Shown piece by piece: positions 48,954 to 59,923 of a stretch of DNA of 64,000 bases. The first letter of the stretch is position 1. Each line of letters begins with the position of its first letter. The position numbers were made by a program, and so were the translations under genes. The DNA lies in assembly GCA_965140415.1 (NCBI GenBank), contig OZ223209.1, positions 2,176,001 through 2,240,000 on the forward strand, given 5' to 3'. The notes below the pieces were generated by a model, which was not told the DNA's origin, did not search any database, and saw only the letters and a list, made by a program, of their open reading frames with translations. Source of the stretch: Myxococcota bacterium. GTDB taxonomy: Bacteria; Myxococcota_A; SURF-8.

Positions 48954-50634
48954 GTTTCAATCCGTTGATTGGTAGACTGACGATAAAATCGGACCCTTTT
49001 CCCGGAGAGGAATTCACGATGATGTCGCCGTGATGCGCTTTGATCAATCCGTGAACGACCGATAAGCCCAGGCCCGTTCCCTGGTCGATGTCCTTGGTCG
49101 TGAAAAAGGGGAGAAAAATCTGTTTCTTGACGTCTTCACTCATCCCTTCGCCCGTATCGGCAACGCTCAGAATCAGGTTGTTTTCCTGCTTGAACGTTCG
49201 AATGGTCAGTGTGCCGCCCTGCGGCATGGCGTGCGATGCATTGACGATCAGGTTGATCAGAATTTGCCGCAGTTGAGATTCGTCCGCCTGAATGATCGGC
49301 AAACCCTGTTGCAACTCCGTCAGCAGGGTGATGTTTTCCTTTTGGAAACGGGGACGAAAGAAGCTGATCACCTCCCCGATAATTCGGTTGATGTGAATGT
49401 CGTGCCGATCCGGTGGAATCTGCTTGGCGAAGAAGAGCAGTTTCCGAACGATATCGCGGGCGTGCAGGGCCGAGCCTTCGATGCGATTCAAATCGCCAAT
49501 AACCTGAGTTGGCAGATTCGGATTTTCTTTGGCCAATTGAGAGAACCCCAGTACGGCGGTTAGCGGTTCGTTCAGTTCGTGAGCGACTCCGGCGGCAAGT
49601 TGGCCGATGGTCGCCAGGCGATCTGCATGTCGAAGCTGTTCCTGCAATTGGGTTTGCAGTTTTCGTGCATGACGCCGTTCGATGATCAGGGAGATTTCGT
49701 GGACCACCGAATCCAGCAGTTTGCGCTCTTCAAGCAGAAACGGACCTTCATCCAGTTCCGGTCTTTCTTCCAATAGGCAGACTTCCACATGACCGCGAAC
49801 CTGGGAACCGACTCGGATTTCCGCTGTCTGCATGAACTCGTTTTGCTGAAAACCTTCCGTCTGGAAGATCATTTCATCGAAGGTGATTCTGGCGGCAGTG
49901 ATGTCCGGATACAAATAGGCTTGAGGCAATAACTCTACCAGGTGTTTCAGCAGATCTTTAATCGGCATGTCCGGTTGGGAAGTCAGAGATGCGATATTGT
50001 ACATGCAGGTCAGCTCTTTGACTCGCTCGCGCAGATCGAATTGCGAGAGATTGTGCAACAGAGCCGTTTCCAGCGTCATGACCAGATATTCAAACAGGTC
50101 GACGGTCGCCGAATCGAGCACATCCGCTTTCTCATCGCTCAATATCAGTAAACCGCATGGTTGGCTGTTGATAATGATTGGAAAAACTGCCAGAAACAAG
50201 GGGCGCTTTTTCGTTTTCTTCTCTGATGACTCTATAAGACTGTCGTGATTTCGATAGCTGCCGAAATCGCTGAAGGCGTTGTCTTCCGGTGAGAAACTTT
50301 GTTCCAGCACTTTTTTCAGGATAGTCGCTTCGATGTCGGTTTCGACCAGGTCAATCAATGCCGTTACGATATCTCCCTGCAAGCGAGAGGCCGTAGCGAC
50401 TGGCACTTTGGGAGTATCCGAATTGTGCAGACAGTGAAAGATCTTGTTTTGTTCTAAAAAGACGGTTTCCACTTGATGGCAGCGGGTGAAAGAAATAAGC
50501 AGGTCATTGATTTCACGGAGGAAGTCGAGCGTTAAGGTGCCGTTGTCCGATAGGCGAAGAATTCGACCGGCAAGCAGCCGCAGCGTTTCGCGATTGTAGG
50601 GTGGAATCGAATTGGTTGTCGATGTTTTGGGCAT
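48925..50634 (-). CDS. Cytoplasmic sensor histidine kinase (GAF-like input)
   Basis: AGVAHELNEPL, NLIVNA, DTGEGM and FFTTK..GTGLGL. LRERVKEL motif. No TM segment. Start position uncertain. Confidence 0.9.
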
Positions 50635-50753
50635 GTCCTCGTTTTCCATTCGTATCCGTTTTACAATCGACCATTCAAACCGGATCGGCATGGTAACGCA
50701 TTCTACCATGAATGCAAGCTTCTTCAAACGCTTGGATCAAGATGTAGAAACGC

Positions 50754-50783
50754 GGAAGGGCCGCACGCGGGTGCGGCCCTCCT
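50754..50783 (-). terminator. Hairpin after gdh
   Basis: AGGGCCGCAC-GCGG-GTGCGGCCCT perfect 10-bp stem. Confidence 0.6.
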
Positions 50784-50816
50784 TCAAGGAACCATGTCGG
50801 CTCTATCACACACCGT

Positions 50817-52100
50817 TTAGGCGCGTCCACGCATCCTGGCAGCATGGGCGACCCTTTCGATGGCGATCATGTAAGCTGCATCTCGCATGTACACGTTGCG
50901 CTTGTCCACCAGATCAGCCATGGCGTTGAAGGCATTGGTGATTTTCGTGTCCAGCTTTTGCAGCACTTCCTCTTTCTCCCAGAAATAATTCATGTTGTCC
51001 TGCACCTGTTCGAAGTAGGAGCAGGTGACACCGCCGGAATTGCAGAGGAAGTCGGGAATGACGTAGATGCCGCGTTCGTGCATTACCTCGTCCGCCTCGG
51101 GAGTGGAGGGGCCATTTGCACCTTCTGCGACGATCTTGACTTTGGACTGGATGTGCTGCACGGATTCGGCGTTGATCTGGTTTTCCAGCGCACATGGAAC
51201 CAGAATATCCACATCCTGCTTGATCCAGTCTTCGCCGGGAAGGATTTCGTAACCGGCAGCCTGTGCCTGCTCTTTGTCGATGGCGCCGAAGCGGTCGGTG
51301 ATGCTCATCAAAAAGTCAGGGTCCACACCGCTTTCTTTGCGATAGGTATAGGAGACGTTGTCTTTGCCATCCCAACAGGAAACGCAGATAACGGTGCCAC
51401 CGTATTCGATGAACAGCTTGGCGGCATATTGCGCGACATTGCCGAAGCCCTGGAAAGCGGCGGTCATCTGCTTGATATCCAACCCTTTGCGCTTAAGCGC
51501 CTCGCGTACGCAGTACATGACGCCGTATCCGGTGGCTTCCGTGCGTCCGAGCGAGCCGCCCAGGCCGACCGGCTTTCCAGTAATGAAGCCGGGATAGTAT
51601 CCGCCTGCCAGCGCATTGTATTCGTCCATCATCCAAAGCATATGCTGAGCATTGGTCATGACGTCCGGAGCGGGAACGTCCTGCACCGGGCCGACCTGCT
51701 TGAAGACCTGGCGCACCCAGCCGCGGCAGATCTGTTCCTGTTCGCGCATGGACAGTTCGCGCGGATCGCAGATGACGCCGCCTTTGCCGCCGCCGAGAGG
51801 GATATCGACCACGGCGCACTTCCAGGTCATCCAGGTCGCCAGTGCGCGCACCGTATCGGCGGTTTCCTGCGGATGGAAGCGGATGCCTCCTTTGCAGGGG
51901 CCGCGCATGTCGTTGTGCTGCACGCGGAAACCGCGAAACACACGCACCGAACCGTTATCCATGCGGACCGGAATGGTGAAATGAAATTCACGCATGGGCC
52001 AGCGGAGAAACTCTTTTACTCCGTCTTCCAACCCGAGTTTGTTGGCGACTTGGTCAAATTGAGCCTGTGCCATTTGGAACGCATTGAAATCCTTGGACAT
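50817..52100 (-). CDS. gdhA: Glutamate dehydrogenase (Glu/Leu/Phe/Val dehydrogenase family)
   Basis: RGPCKGGIRFHP, MTWKC, GGGKGG, DVPAPD, GRTEATG, QGFGNV, EGANGP and NSGGV..SYFE. Confidence 0.93.
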   Translation of the reverse strand: MSKDFNAFQMAQAQFDQVANKLGLEDGVKEFLRWPMREFHFTIPVRMDNGSVRVFRGFRVQHNDMRGPCKGGIRFHPQETADTVRALATWMTWKCAVVDIPLGGGKGGVICDPRELSMREQEQICRGWVRQVFKQVGPVQDVPAPDVMTNAQHMLWMMDEYNALAGGYYPGFITGKPVGLGGSLGRTEATGYGVMYCVREALKRKGLDIKQMTAAFQGFGNVAQYAAKLFIEYGGTVICVSCWDGKDNVSYTYRKESGVDPDFLMSITDRFGAIDKEQAQAAGYEILPGEDWIKQDVDILVPCALENQINAESVQHIQSKVKIVAEGANGPSTPEADEVMHERGIYVIPDFLCNSGGVTCSYFEQVQDNMNYFWEKEEVLQKLDTKITNAFNAMADLVDKRNVYMRDAAYMIAIERVAHAARMRGRA

Positions 52101-52174
52101 ATTCATCTCCTGCTACAAATCTCTCGTTGAAGATCGCATGTACGGCCTCAAATCCGAGGCCAGGGGGGTCTGTG

Positions 52175-52510
52175 TCAGCAGTATTCCTCACAGTACCAGA
52201 CGCCTGCGGGCGGTTTGGGAAGGGCGCATTGACTACGCATTTCGCAATTCAAGCACAAACCCAAGACGTGTACGTCTTGCTTCTGTGTGTTGTTCTCGGC
52301 AGTAGTGATTGGGCTGGTTTCCGTTTCTTTGCAGGTCGAACATTCGTAGAGTTCGCACTCCCAAACGGGAGCATCGCTCTCTGCGCAGATACAGCAGTTT
52401 TCTTGCTGGTTGCAGTTGGAACAGAGTCCCATCGTTGCTTGGCGCAGTGTGGAATCGCCGTGTCGAGTTGGGATGCTGCTTGGTAGTGTTTGTTGAACTT
52501 GTGTGGACAT
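52175..52510 (-). CDS. Small Cys-rich protein with two GLCxNC...C...VWxCExY repeats
   Basis: AAGGAG RBS, internal duplication of the Cys motif, first ORF after the sigma54 promoter. Confidence 0.75.
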   Translation of the reverse strand: MSTQVQQTLPSSIPTRHGDSTLRQATMGLCSNCNQQENCCICAESDAPVWECELYECSTCKETETSPITTAENNTQKQDVHVLGLCLNCEMRSQCALPKPPAGVWYCEEYC

Positions 52511-52606
52511 CTCTTTCTCCTTTGTGCGTCATGCACCTTTGGCGCTTTCCGTTCTCATCCCGCGAATTCCTGCTTCGATGAATTCGCGCCAGACGGTTTG
52601 TACTTG

Positions 52607-52622
52607 AGCAAGGGCCGTGCCA
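52607..52622 (-). promoter_or_regulatory. Sigma54 (-24/-12) promoter
   Basis: Minus strand TGGCAC-GGCCC-TTGCT, a perfect match to TGGCAC-N5-TTGCW. Confidence 0.85.
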
Positions 52623-52767
52623 GGATGAAATCCGGCAATGGCATGAACTAGAAAGATTTCAAAAAAGTCTGTTAACCTTATGATAATAAACAAGAAATAG
52701 TCATGTTTTCTTTCTGCGGTAGATTGTCATTCCAGATTTGTGAGAAAGAGAAGGATGGGCTGAAAGT

Positions 52768-52815
52768 GGGGAGAAACTCCCCGGTGATGTGAAACTCCCC
52801 GGATATTCTACCCGG
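52768..52815. promoter_or_regulatory. Putative upstream activator (bEBP) sites
   Basis: Palindrome GGGGAG-AAA-CTCCCC (52768-52782) and direct repeat GAAACTCCCCGG at 52773 and 52791, about 150-190 bp upstream of the -24 element. AT-rich IHF-like tract near 52670-52690. Confidence 0.55.
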
Positions 52816-52987
52816 CTTGGCCATCGTGAGGTGGTTGCCGCTTCTGGATTGCAGGTTTGGAAGGTCGTGCAATCAGGGTATAATTACATTTCTGATATGA
52901 GATTGAATGTGGTTGGTGTGGATTGGCAGAGACTTTGCTTTACTGTAGAAATGGGGAAGTGTTGTTTCGTATCGCCGTGGAGGAAAA

Positions 52988-55936
52988 ATGCTGGATCAGG
53001 ATATTCTGAATTATCGCTTTAACAGCTACCGCAATCTGATGTCGCACCGCATTCGCAATATCCTATTGGTAAGCAGCGTCTATGATGCTTACATTCTGGA
53101 AGAAGACGGCAGCTTGGAGGAATTGATCTGGCAGCAGTATATGGAGCGTGGACTGTCGGAAGCTCCAAGCATTACCAAAGTCACCGATCCGGAACGCGCC
53201 CTGGAAATATTAAGGACGGAGCCGGTCGATCTATTGTTTACCATGACTCAAATGGACGACGAGCAGGCGGTGATGCTGGCGGAGCAGGCCAAAGCGATCA
53301 GACCCGATCTGCCGGTCATTCTACTGGCCGGAGATACGGTTTCCTTATCCAGTATACCTCCCGATATTCGAAACCGGGGAGTCGATCGAGTGTTTCTCTG
53401 GCAGAACGATCCCTCCCTGCTGCTGGCGATCATCAAATATGTCGAGGATAAAGAAAATGCGGATCGGGATACGCAGGAGGCCGGTGTACGTGTGATTTTA
53501 CTGGTGGAAGATTCCATCGAGCATTACTCCTCCTTTTTACCTGCCATGTACACCGTTATCATGAAGTTGACCCGTCAATTGATCGATGAGGGGTTGAATC
53601 ACCTGCACAGGCAATTGCGGATGCGTTCGCGTGTGAAAATTTTGTTGGCGGAAAGCTATGAGGATGCCGTTCAGATCAGTCGCAGATACAGTAAATATCT
53701 GTTGGGTGTCATTACCGATGTGCGTTTCTGGCAGGATGGGAAAATCAATCGGGAGGCGGGTTTCGATCTGGTGCGTTTGTTGCGAAATGAATTGCCAGAG
53801 CTTCCCATTTGTATTCAATCGGCGGAACCGGAAAAGGTCCGGGCGGTAGCAGATGAGTTGCAGACCTTTTTCATCGATAAGAATTCGGTGTCTCCTATTG
53901 GAGATCTGAAGAAATTCCTAACCGAGTTTATGGGGTTTGGTGATTTCGTATTCAGAAATGAAGATGGAAGTGAACTGGCGCGGGTGGGAACGGTGAGGGA
54001 AATGCTGGATGTCCTACCATCCATCCCGATTGAGTCCATCGCCTATCATGGGTGTCATCAGGATTTTTCGCATTGGATGATGGCGCGTACGGAAGTGACG
54101 ATTGCTGAGAAACTACAGCCGCATCATCCGGAGGATTTTGAAGAACCGGAAGAGATGCGAAATTTCCTGATGCAGGTGATCAAACGGGTGCTGCATGAAA
54201 AACAGTGCGATATCATCGCGCGTTTTACACGCGATAAAGATCCACATGCGATTGAGTTCATGCGACTGGGCGAAGGTTCACTTGGAGGCAAAGCGCGCGG
54301 GATCGGCTTTTTGCGGTTTTTATTGGCGCGTATCGCAGTTCGGAAGAACTTTCCGGACATCGACATCCGGGTACCTTCGACGCTTGTGATTTGTTCGGGC
54401 GAATTCGAGAGCTTTATTGAACAAAACAACCTGTTGCAAGTTGCCTTGAATAAGGACATTTCCTTTCCGGAAATTACGCAACGCTTTTTGGATGCACCCA
54501 TTCAGGAAAGTCTGAAAGATAATCTGCGAGTATATCTGGAACGAATGACGGCTCCACTAGCGGTACGATCTTCCAGCATTCTGGAAGACTCTCTTCATAT
54601 GCCGCTTGCGGGTTTATATTCGACCTACATGCTGCCCAACCGCCAGGAAAACCTGGACGAGCGTCTGGATAGTTTGTTGATGGCCATCAAGCTGGTATGG
54701 GTTTCAACATACAACAACGATCCCAAGTCCTATTTCATGCAGACAGGGCAACGTTTGAAGGATGAGCGGATGGCAGTCGTCATTCAACAGCTCGGTGGAG
54801 AAACCCACGGAAATTATTTCTACCCGACATTTTCCGGCGTGGCTCAGTCGCATAACTTCTATCCGGTTTCATACATGGAGCCGGAAGATGGTGTTGTCCA
54901 GATCGCGTTGGGATTCGGAAAGCTGGTAGTGGAAGGCGGTTCTGTCGTTCGCTTCTGTCCGCGATATCCACAGTTACTACCGCAGTTTTCTCTGTCACGG
55001 GATTGGCTGTACAGCTCGCAAAAGGATTTCTACGCGTTGGATATGAGTGTTGCCACTCACTACGATTCTCACAGCGATGACAGTAATTTGTCGTTTCTGC
55101 CGTTGTCTGTTGCGGAAGAGCACGGAGTATTGCAGCAGGTGGCTTCCGTGTACCAGGCGGATAGCGATTTGATGGTGGACAGCTTCTTTTACGATGGTCC
55201 TCGGGTCGTGACGTTCAATAAGGTTTTACGAGATGGCAAGTTGCAACTTGGAGACCTGTTGTATGAGTTGCTATCCGCCTGCGATCAGGCCATGGGGACG
55301 CCGGTGGAAGTGGAGTTCGCCGTTGATCTTAGGGGAGGGCAGCAAAAACCGATTCTATACTTACTCCAGCTTCGTCCCATGGTTGCGAAAAGCCATTGGG
55401 AGAAGATAACCATTTCTGAGGATGATCGAAAGAACGCGATCTGTTACACCAATCGAACTCATGGCAACGGCAGCTATGAAGGGATTCAGGATGTCGTATA
55501 TGTCAAACCCTCCGCGTTTCTGAAATCGAAGACCAGGGATATTGCAGCGGAAGTGGGAGAAATCAATAAAGGTTTGGTTGAGCGGAACCGACCCTATTTC
55601 CTGATCGGCTTTGGGCGATGGGGATCTTCCGATCCATGGATGGGAATCGGGGTTCGATGGTCCCAGATTTCAGGTGTGCGCGTGTTGGCCGAGGCAGGGC
55701 TGAAAGAGTTCAACGTAGATCCATCGCAGGGGTCGCATTTCTTCCAGAACGTCACCTCGTTGAATATCGGCTATCTCTCTCTTCCGTATGGGGATGAGGG
55801 GGCTTTTATCGATTGGGACTGGCTAGAGGCTCAGCCTGCTGAGACCGAAACGACCTACCTGCGGCACGTCAGGTTGGCTTCTCCATTGCGGTTGCTGATC
55901 GACGGACGCAGCGGCGAGGCGCTTGTTGCAACTTAA
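52988..55936 (+). CDS. Receiver-domain / PEP-pyruvate-binding (PPDK_N, PEP-synthase-like) protein
   Basis: Two N-terminal REC-like domains. GGKARG, PLAVRSSS.LED, AGLY.T, MAVVIQ, SGVA.S, G.GKLVV.G, VEVEFA and LQLRP. Confidence 0.88.
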   Translation: MLDQDILNYRFNSYRNLMSHRIRNILLVSSVYDAYILEEDGSLEELIWQQYMERGLSEAPSITKVTDPERALEILRTEPVDLLFTMTQMDDEQAVMLAEQAKAIRPDLPVILLAGDTVSLSSIPPDIRNRGVDRVFLWQNDPSLLLAIIKYVEDKENADRDTQEAGVRVILLVEDSIEHYSSFLPAMYTVIMKLTRQLIDEGLNHLHRQLRMRSRVKILLAESYEDAVQISRRYSKYLLGVITDVRFWQDGKINREAGFDLVRLLRNELPELPICIQSAEPEKVRAVADELQTFFIDKNSVSPIGDLKKFLTEFMGFGDFVFRNEDGSELARVGTVREMLDVLPSIPIESIAYHGCHQDFSHWMMARTEVTIAEKLQPHHPEDFEEPEEMRNFLMQVIKRVLHEKQCDIIARFTRDKDPHAIEFMRLGEGSLGGKARGIGFLRFLLARIAVRKNFPDIDIRVPSTLVICSGEFESFIEQNNLLQVALNKDISFPEITQRFLDAPIQESLKDNLRVYLERMTAPLAVRSSSILEDSLHMPLAGLYSTYMLPNRQENLDERLDSLLMAIKLVWVSTYNNDPKSYFMQTGQRLKDERMAVVIQQLGGETHGNYFYPTFSGVAQSHNFYPVSYMEPEDGVVQIALGFGKLVVEGGSVVRFCPRYPQLLPQFSLSRDWLYSSQKDFYALDMSVATHYDSHSDDSNLSFLPLSVAEEHGVLQQVASVYQADSDLMVDSFFYDGPRVVTFNKVLRDGKLQLGDLLYELLSACDQAMGTPVEVEFAVDLRGGQQKPILYLLQLRPMVAKSHWEKITISEDDRKNAICYTNRTHGNGSYEGIQDVVYVKPSAFLKSKTRDIAAEVGEINKGLVERNRPYFLIGFGRWGSSDPWMGIGVRWSQISGVRVLAEAGLKEFNVDPSQGSHFFQNVTSLNIGYLSLPYGDEGAFIDWDWLEAQPAETETTYLRHVRLASPLRLLIDGRSGEALVAT

Positions 55937-55979
55937 GACAGTGCTACTTCTAAATAAGAAGCGTTGACTCCAGCTATCT

Positions 55980-58127
55980 TCAATTATTGCTGGTTGGCCA
56001 TTGCGGCGGGGTGTCTAAAATTTCATCGATTTTGGAAAGCAATTTGGACGGTCCGAAAGGCTTCTGTAGAAAACCGGCCAAATACTGGCTTTCAAGTGTG
56101 TTGGATGCGTTGGTAATATCATACCCACTGATCATCAGTACTTTCGCGGATGGATTCATTTCGCGGATTCTGCTAAACACTTCGGCTCCGTCCATATCCG
56201 GCATCGCCAGATCAAGCACGACCAACTGGATTTTGCCGTCCAGTTTTCGGTAGATTTCCAACGCATCATGTCCGTTGCCTGCCGTAATCGAAGTATATCC
56301 GGACATTCTTAAAGCACGTTCGGTCATGCGCAGAATCACCGGCTCATCATCGACAACAAGAATCGTGGGTTGCAAATCATGTGACGGTTCCTGTGAGGGA
56401 GGAACTGTGGCTTCTGTTGACTCCGATTGCTTTCGACTACTGTCTTTAACGGGTAGCCAGACCTGAATCGTTGTTCCCAGTTGCGGCTTGCTGTGGATTT
56501 TTAGAAACCCGTTATGACCACGAACGATGCCTAGTACTGCGGACATTCCTAGTCCGCGCCCTGTGAACTTGGTTGTGAAAAACGGATCGAACAGTTTCGC
56601 CTGGACCTCGCCGGACATCCCGACGCCATCGTCTTGTATTTGCAGGTAAACGTAATCGCCAGCCGGTGGATCCGGAATTCCATAGGTTTTTTCTTCCGGA
56701 ATGCTTGTTAACTGTTCGAATCCGGTTTTTAGCCGGATTTTACCCTGCTTCCCTTCGAAGGCTTCCGCCGCATTGGAAACGAGAGCTTGCACCATCTGCT
56801 GAATCTGTTCCTGCGCTCCATGGATTGAAGGAAGAGATGCTTCAAGGTCGACAATCAACTTAATGTTATCAGGGATTAGACTTTGGATTTCACCGATGTT
56901 TGCATGGATATATTCGGAAAGACGGATCGGTTCGAGCAGAATGTGGATTTTACCTGAATATGCCAGCATTTTCTGAGAGAGTAGAGCCGCTTTTCGGGCC
57001 GCACCTTCGATTTCGGTGAGATATTTTTGAATGTTCGAGTTAGCAGGAAGATCATCCATGGCCATATTGACATTTCCGATAACCCCGGTCAGCAGGTTGT
57101 TGAAGTCGTGGGCGACTCCTCCGGCCAACTGGGAAAGACTCTCCAGCCTTTTGGCTTCTTCCAGGCGAGTCTCCACTTGCTTGCGTTCTTTTTCTATTGC
57201 AATGTGTTGTGAAATGTCGTGCAGTTCGCAGTGCGTACGTTTGAAATTTCCATTCGAGTCGGTTTCGATGACGCCATTTAGAATGATATCCGCCAGGACG
57301 CCATCTTTACGGAAAAACTGATATTGGACATTCGAGATCTGGCAGCCGGATTTGATGTTTTCAAATCCTTGTTTGAACATGATTTTATGATCGTCCGGAA
57401 GAAAATCACCGAACCATTTTCCAATGACTTCCTCACGCCTATAGCCGAATTGAGTGAGCCATTTCTGATTTACTTCGAGGTAACGGCCTTCTTCATCCAG
57501 GGATTGATACCCGACCGGCAGCAACTCGTAAATCGTTCGAAAGCGTTTTTCGTTGGCTTTCAGTTTGTCCTGTACTTGTTGATGTTGATCGATTTTCCGC
57601 TTCAGCTTCAGATTCGTTTTGCCGATGGTCAAAATGGATTGCGTTATAAGGTGAAAGGTATTGCGTAGCTGTTCGATCTGCGAGCGCGGAACAACCGGTA
57701 CGGATTGTAATGTTGACAGATAGTCGCTTTCGTCAAAGTCGAATCGTTTAGCCCAAGCTTTGAAGCGGTCGAACGAGCGGTCTTCTTCTTCAATCAAGAA
57801 TGGACCGACGAAAAACATCGCAATCGGGTGGTCTTCCAACAGCAGTGGAAAAACAATATGCCAGAAATTGTTGCCGCATTTGCATAGTTCGTGGTCGTTG
57901 CCGATGGATTCGAAACGGTTATTACCATCGAAAAGCATACATTTCTTTTTGGTTTCCGGGTGTTTGTGGTGAAACTGGTCACAGAGACGGTTATATGAAG
58001 ATTCCCCTAACAGGTTATTGTCTGGGTCAACAACCAAAATCGGCACACCGCAGGAGTGTTCAAACTTATTCAGCAAATCCGAAAGCAGGGAGAGATCGAA
58101 CATATCTTGAAATGCTAAAGTCCGCAT
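55980..58127 (-). CDS. Hybrid histidine kinase (PocR-PAS-HisKA-HATPase-REC)
   Basis: PocR-like C..FH..HP....C...CKC region, PAS, GGVAHDFNNLL, FFTTKFTGRGLG and C-terminal REC (VVLDLAMP). Confidence 0.92.
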   Translation of the reverse strand: MRTLAFQDMFDLSLLSDLLNKFEHSCGVPILVVDPDNNLLGESSYNRLCDQFHHKHPETKKKCMLFDGNNRFESIGNDHELCKCGNNFWHIVFPLLLEDHPIAMFFVGPFLIEEEDRSFDRFKAWAKRFDFDESDYLSTLQSVPVVPRSQIEQLRNTFHLITQSILTIGKTNLKLKRKIDQHQQVQDKLKANEKRFRTIYELLPVGYQSLDEEGRYLEVNQKWLTQFGYRREEVIGKWFGDFLPDDHKIMFKQGFENIKSGCQISNVQYQFFRKDGVLADIILNGVIETDSNGNFKRTHCELHDISQHIAIEKERKQVETRLEEAKRLESLSQLAGGVAHDFNNLLTGVIGNVNMAMDDLPANSNIQKYLTEIEGAARKAALLSQKMLAYSGKIHILLEPIRLSEYIHANIGEIQSLIPDNIKLIVDLEASLPSIHGAQEQIQQMVQALVSNAAEAFEGKQGKIRLKTGFEQLTSIPEEKTYGIPDPPAGDYVYLQIQDDGVGMSGEVQAKLFDPFFTTKFTGRGLGMSAVLGIVRGHNGFLKIHSKPQLGTTIQVWLPVKDSSRKQSESTEATVPPSQEPSHDLQPTILVVDDEPVILRMTERALRMSGYTSITAGNGHDALEIYRKLDGKIQLVVLDLAMPDMDGAEVFSRIREMNPSAKVLMISGYDITNASNTLESQYLAGFLQKPFGPSKLLSKIDEILDTPPQWPTSNN

Positions 58128-58372
58128 GTACTGTCACCACTTTTAACTAGGTTGAGAAACGGGATCGGATCTTCGATGTGTTTTCTTTAGACTGGTTCAA
58201 TTCCTCCTGTATCTAGTATTCGTTCAATGAAAGTGAACGATTTCTATTGTTTGCACAAAATTTCCAATGATTATACACAATATATGGAATTTACTCTACT
58301 GTAAAAGGACAAGCGTTGTCCGAATGTGAGCGGTGGACTCAATTGCAAGTAAGGCGTCAAGCCATAGCTGTT

Positions 58373-59923
58373 TTAGCCATTTTCTACACGAAATCGTGTT
58401 TTAGTGGCGATGCTTGCCGCGACCATGCCGGAAATCAGGCAGGGAGCGACTCCCGCTCCAAAGACACCGCTTCCCGCTAGATAGAGCCCCTTGATTGGAG
58501 TTGTCGGCATAAAGCGGAAAGGTGGCATTTGATCGGGCGTTTGGGCAGGACCGTAGGTGCCACCTTGAACGGCGCGAACGTAATATGTATTGGTGATCGG
58601 CGTACTGAATTCTTTTACTTCAAAATCTCCCAATACACCCGGCCAGCGCTTGTCTACGGTTTCCAATAGCTGTTCGCCGATCTTCTGCTTGAATTCCTTG
58701 TAGTCTTCTCCACGCTTGTTGGCGGGTAAATGCTCCCATTTTCTAAAGGGAGCATAGGGAACGAAGGTGGAAAGTTCCACCGTGGAACCACCTTCCGGTG
58801 CCATGCTGCCGGAATCGTCCTTTAAAGAATTGGGAGACAGGAAAAAGCTCATGTCCCGAGGAATCAGTCCATTTTGTACTTCCCGGTAGTCTGCTTCGAT
58901 ATCATAGCTGGCATAGTCCCAGATATTGCAGGCGCTTAAGCCATGCTCCCGCAAATCCCGCTTCATTCCAAGATAGGCGGTGAACATACCTAGTGACGGT
59001 TTCAGGCGCTTGATTTTACGCTGTAGCCGTCCCGGTAAGCGATGATCCCGCAGCAAGTGCCCGAAAGTATGGGAGGGTTCGATGGCGGAGACGACAACGT
59101 CCGCTTCGAATCGCTCGCCATTTTCCAATTCCACACCGGTCACTTTGCCATTGGTGACCAGGACTTTTTCAACGGAAGTTTTCGTTTGGAAAACGGCACC
59201 GGCAGAGGTGGCTTTTTCCATAATCGTATCGCGCAGACGTCCGCTGCCACCACGGGGGAAGAAAGCGCCATCGCCGTAGTGCATCATCATACCAATGCCG
59301 ATCAATGCTGCCGCTTGTGACGGCGGCAGGCCGTAATCGCCGCAGGTGCCGGATAGGATCGCTCGCAAGGCCGGATCGGGTATCAGGTTATTCAATAAAT
59401 GGCCGTAGGTTTTTCGTAAGTATCGGATCACCGGCACGATGCTTTTAATACTCTTCAGGTCTTTCAGGCGTGGGCCGCGCATCGAAATTGCCGTGATGCG
59501 GCTGGAACCTTCTTTGATATCGTTGACCAGGTTGAAATATCGTTGCAAGGGACGAGCTTGAGCGGGGAACAAGTCCGTAAGTCGTTGCTGGTAGCGATCC
59601 AGACCGCGACACATTTTTGCGGAGTGGTTGGGAAAGCGGTACAAGTCAAAGCCGTCCGGGTCCAATTCACAGAAAATCTGTTGCATGTCCAGGCCCAGGG
59701 GAGCCAGCGCAGAGTGGATTGTTTGACCGGGGTTGACTTCGCCGACGTAATGAACGCCGGGATCGAAATGGTAGCCCTTGCGCACGAAGGGATTCAGGTA
59801 GCCTCCGACGTGCATTGCTTGTTCCAATGCGAGCGTCTCATAGCCGGCTTTCGATAAATAGGCAGCGGCAGTAAGACCGCCTGCGCCTGTGCCGATAACG
59901 ATTGCTTTCTTTTCACGTGCCAT
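58373..59923 (-). CDS. Phytoene desaturase / retinol-saturase-like FAD oxidoreductase
   Basis: IGTGAGGL Rossmann motif, FDPGVHY, PRGG, STP.T and GLYLAG...GAGV. Confidence 0.88.
   Translation of the reverse strand: MAREKKAIVIGTGAGGLTAAAYLSKAGYETLALEQAMHVGGYLNPFVRKGYHFDPGVHYVGEVNPGQTIHSALAPLGLDMQQIFCELDPDGFDLYRFPNHSAKMCRGLDRYQQRLTDLFPAQARPLQRYFNLVNDIKEGSSRITAISMRGPRLKDLKSIKSIVPVIRYLRKTYGHLLNNLIPDPALRAILSGTCGDYGLPPSQAAALIGIGMMMHYGDGAFFPRGGSGRLRDTIMEKATSAGAVFQTKTSVEKVLVTNGKVTGVELENGERFEADVVVSAIEPSHTFGHLLRDHRLPGRLQRKIKRLKPSLGMFTAYLGMKRDLREHGLSACNIWDYASYDIEADYREVQNGLIPRDMSFFLSPNSLKDDSGSMAPEGGSTVELSTFVPYAPFRKWEHLPANKRGEDYKEFKQKIGEQLLETVDKRWPGVLGDFEVKEFSTPITNTYYVRAVQGGTYGPAQTPDQMPPFRFMPTTPIKGLYLAGSGVFGAGVAPCLISGMVAASIATKTRFRVENG

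Noticed and set aside
50844-52130. 428-aa plus-strand ORF
   Set aside because: Antisense shadow of gdh, a common artefact in GC-rich genes.
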